From positions 1 through 37,180 of the forward strand of contig JAXLNO010000393.1 in NCBI GenBank assembly GCA_038087875.1: a stretch of 37,180 nucleotides of DNA, in the 5' to 3' direction. Source of the stretch: Malacoraja senta. Lineage: Eukaryota. How positions within the stretch are numbered: position 1 is the first letter of the stretch; every line of letters starts with the position of its first letter. A program made the translations under genes and the position numbers. Positions 36,612-37,180 of this stretch are shown here, one piece after another. The notes beneath the pieces were generated by a model that ran no database searches, was not told where the DNA came from, and was given only the letters and a program-made list of their open reading frames with translations.

Positions 36612-36874
36612 GTGGGTCGCACGAGGGTGGTGGGGCAACGTACCTCGAGGGAAAAAAAAGATGTGGGGGTCACTGCGCTGACGGCAAACACACACTCTTT
36701 CCCAGCGAACGTCTAGAGCAGATCTGAAAGGAACAAATAGACAGGAGTCAGCCCTTCCACGGTGAAGAGAGGAAATATCGTTACCGAATTCTCCCGGTAT
36801 TGTTTTGAGTTTTGTTTTTATCAGATAGATATATATATATATATGTAAAGAATAAGACGTAAAACCAGCCTTAC

Positions 36875-37059
36875 CTATGTAAGAAACAGCCCTGGTTGCT
36901 GCCTGCCTGTCTGAGGCTGCGCTAGTCCTGAATTAGATGCTAGTAGGCTGATTTAGATCCTGTCTTAGGCTGTCGCTGCTCCTGACTCCGTTCTCCGATT
37001 GGAAGACAAACGCTCTCTGACGTGTCTCTAGTCTAGACTCCTCCTCTCCTCTGCTGGTC
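36875..37059 (-). other. Candidate exon of the convergent minus-strand gene
   Basis: Unique sequence ending in a strong TAG|GTAAG donor at 36874. The possible acceptor ctttatactcgcaag| at 37060 is weak. Confidence 0.35.
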
Positions 37060-37180
37060 CTTGCGAGTATAAAGACTTGACGGTAAAAACCTTCTGCCTT
37101 GCCCGCTATCTCGGGCCGCCGGGAGAGGTGCGTACGTACACACGCACGGACACACACACACACACACACGCAGGCACACA

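Overview
Repeat-saturated vertebrate genomic DNA. The CR1-type LINE, V-SINE and Penelope remnants look like those of a cartilaginous fish, probably a skate or ray (inference). It is not prokaryotic, and nearly all long ORFs in the track are artefacts of tandem repeats. The supportable genes are as follows. (1) Two minus-strand exons of coatomer zeta-1 (COPZ1; 11089-11180 and 10957-11012). (2) A plus-strand CNC-bZIP gene best read as NFE2 (p45), with CDS join 19377-19418, 25196-25372, 25778-26962 (467 aa), preceded by GATA/RUNX/ETS motif clusters and a candidate non-coding first exon ending at 16231. (3) The probable 3' end of a convergent minus-strand gene (terminal exon about 32118-32285 with AATAAA), HNRNPA1 by synteny only. 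The most unusual structure is in the long NFE2 intron. A ~0.8-0.9 kb higher-order tandem array carries five extra copies of the splice acceptor and 5' end of the second coding exon. Each copy runs in frame into a stop, and four are followed by GTAAGT, so they form a possible array of decoy or poison exons. Other observations: a hexapeptide repeat expansion inside NFE2; apparently missing COPZ1 exons 1-3; minisatellites born inside retroelements with recurrent breakpoints; Penelope hammerhead-like motifs; and several inverted repeats. I see no clear evidence of a wholly new biological system.
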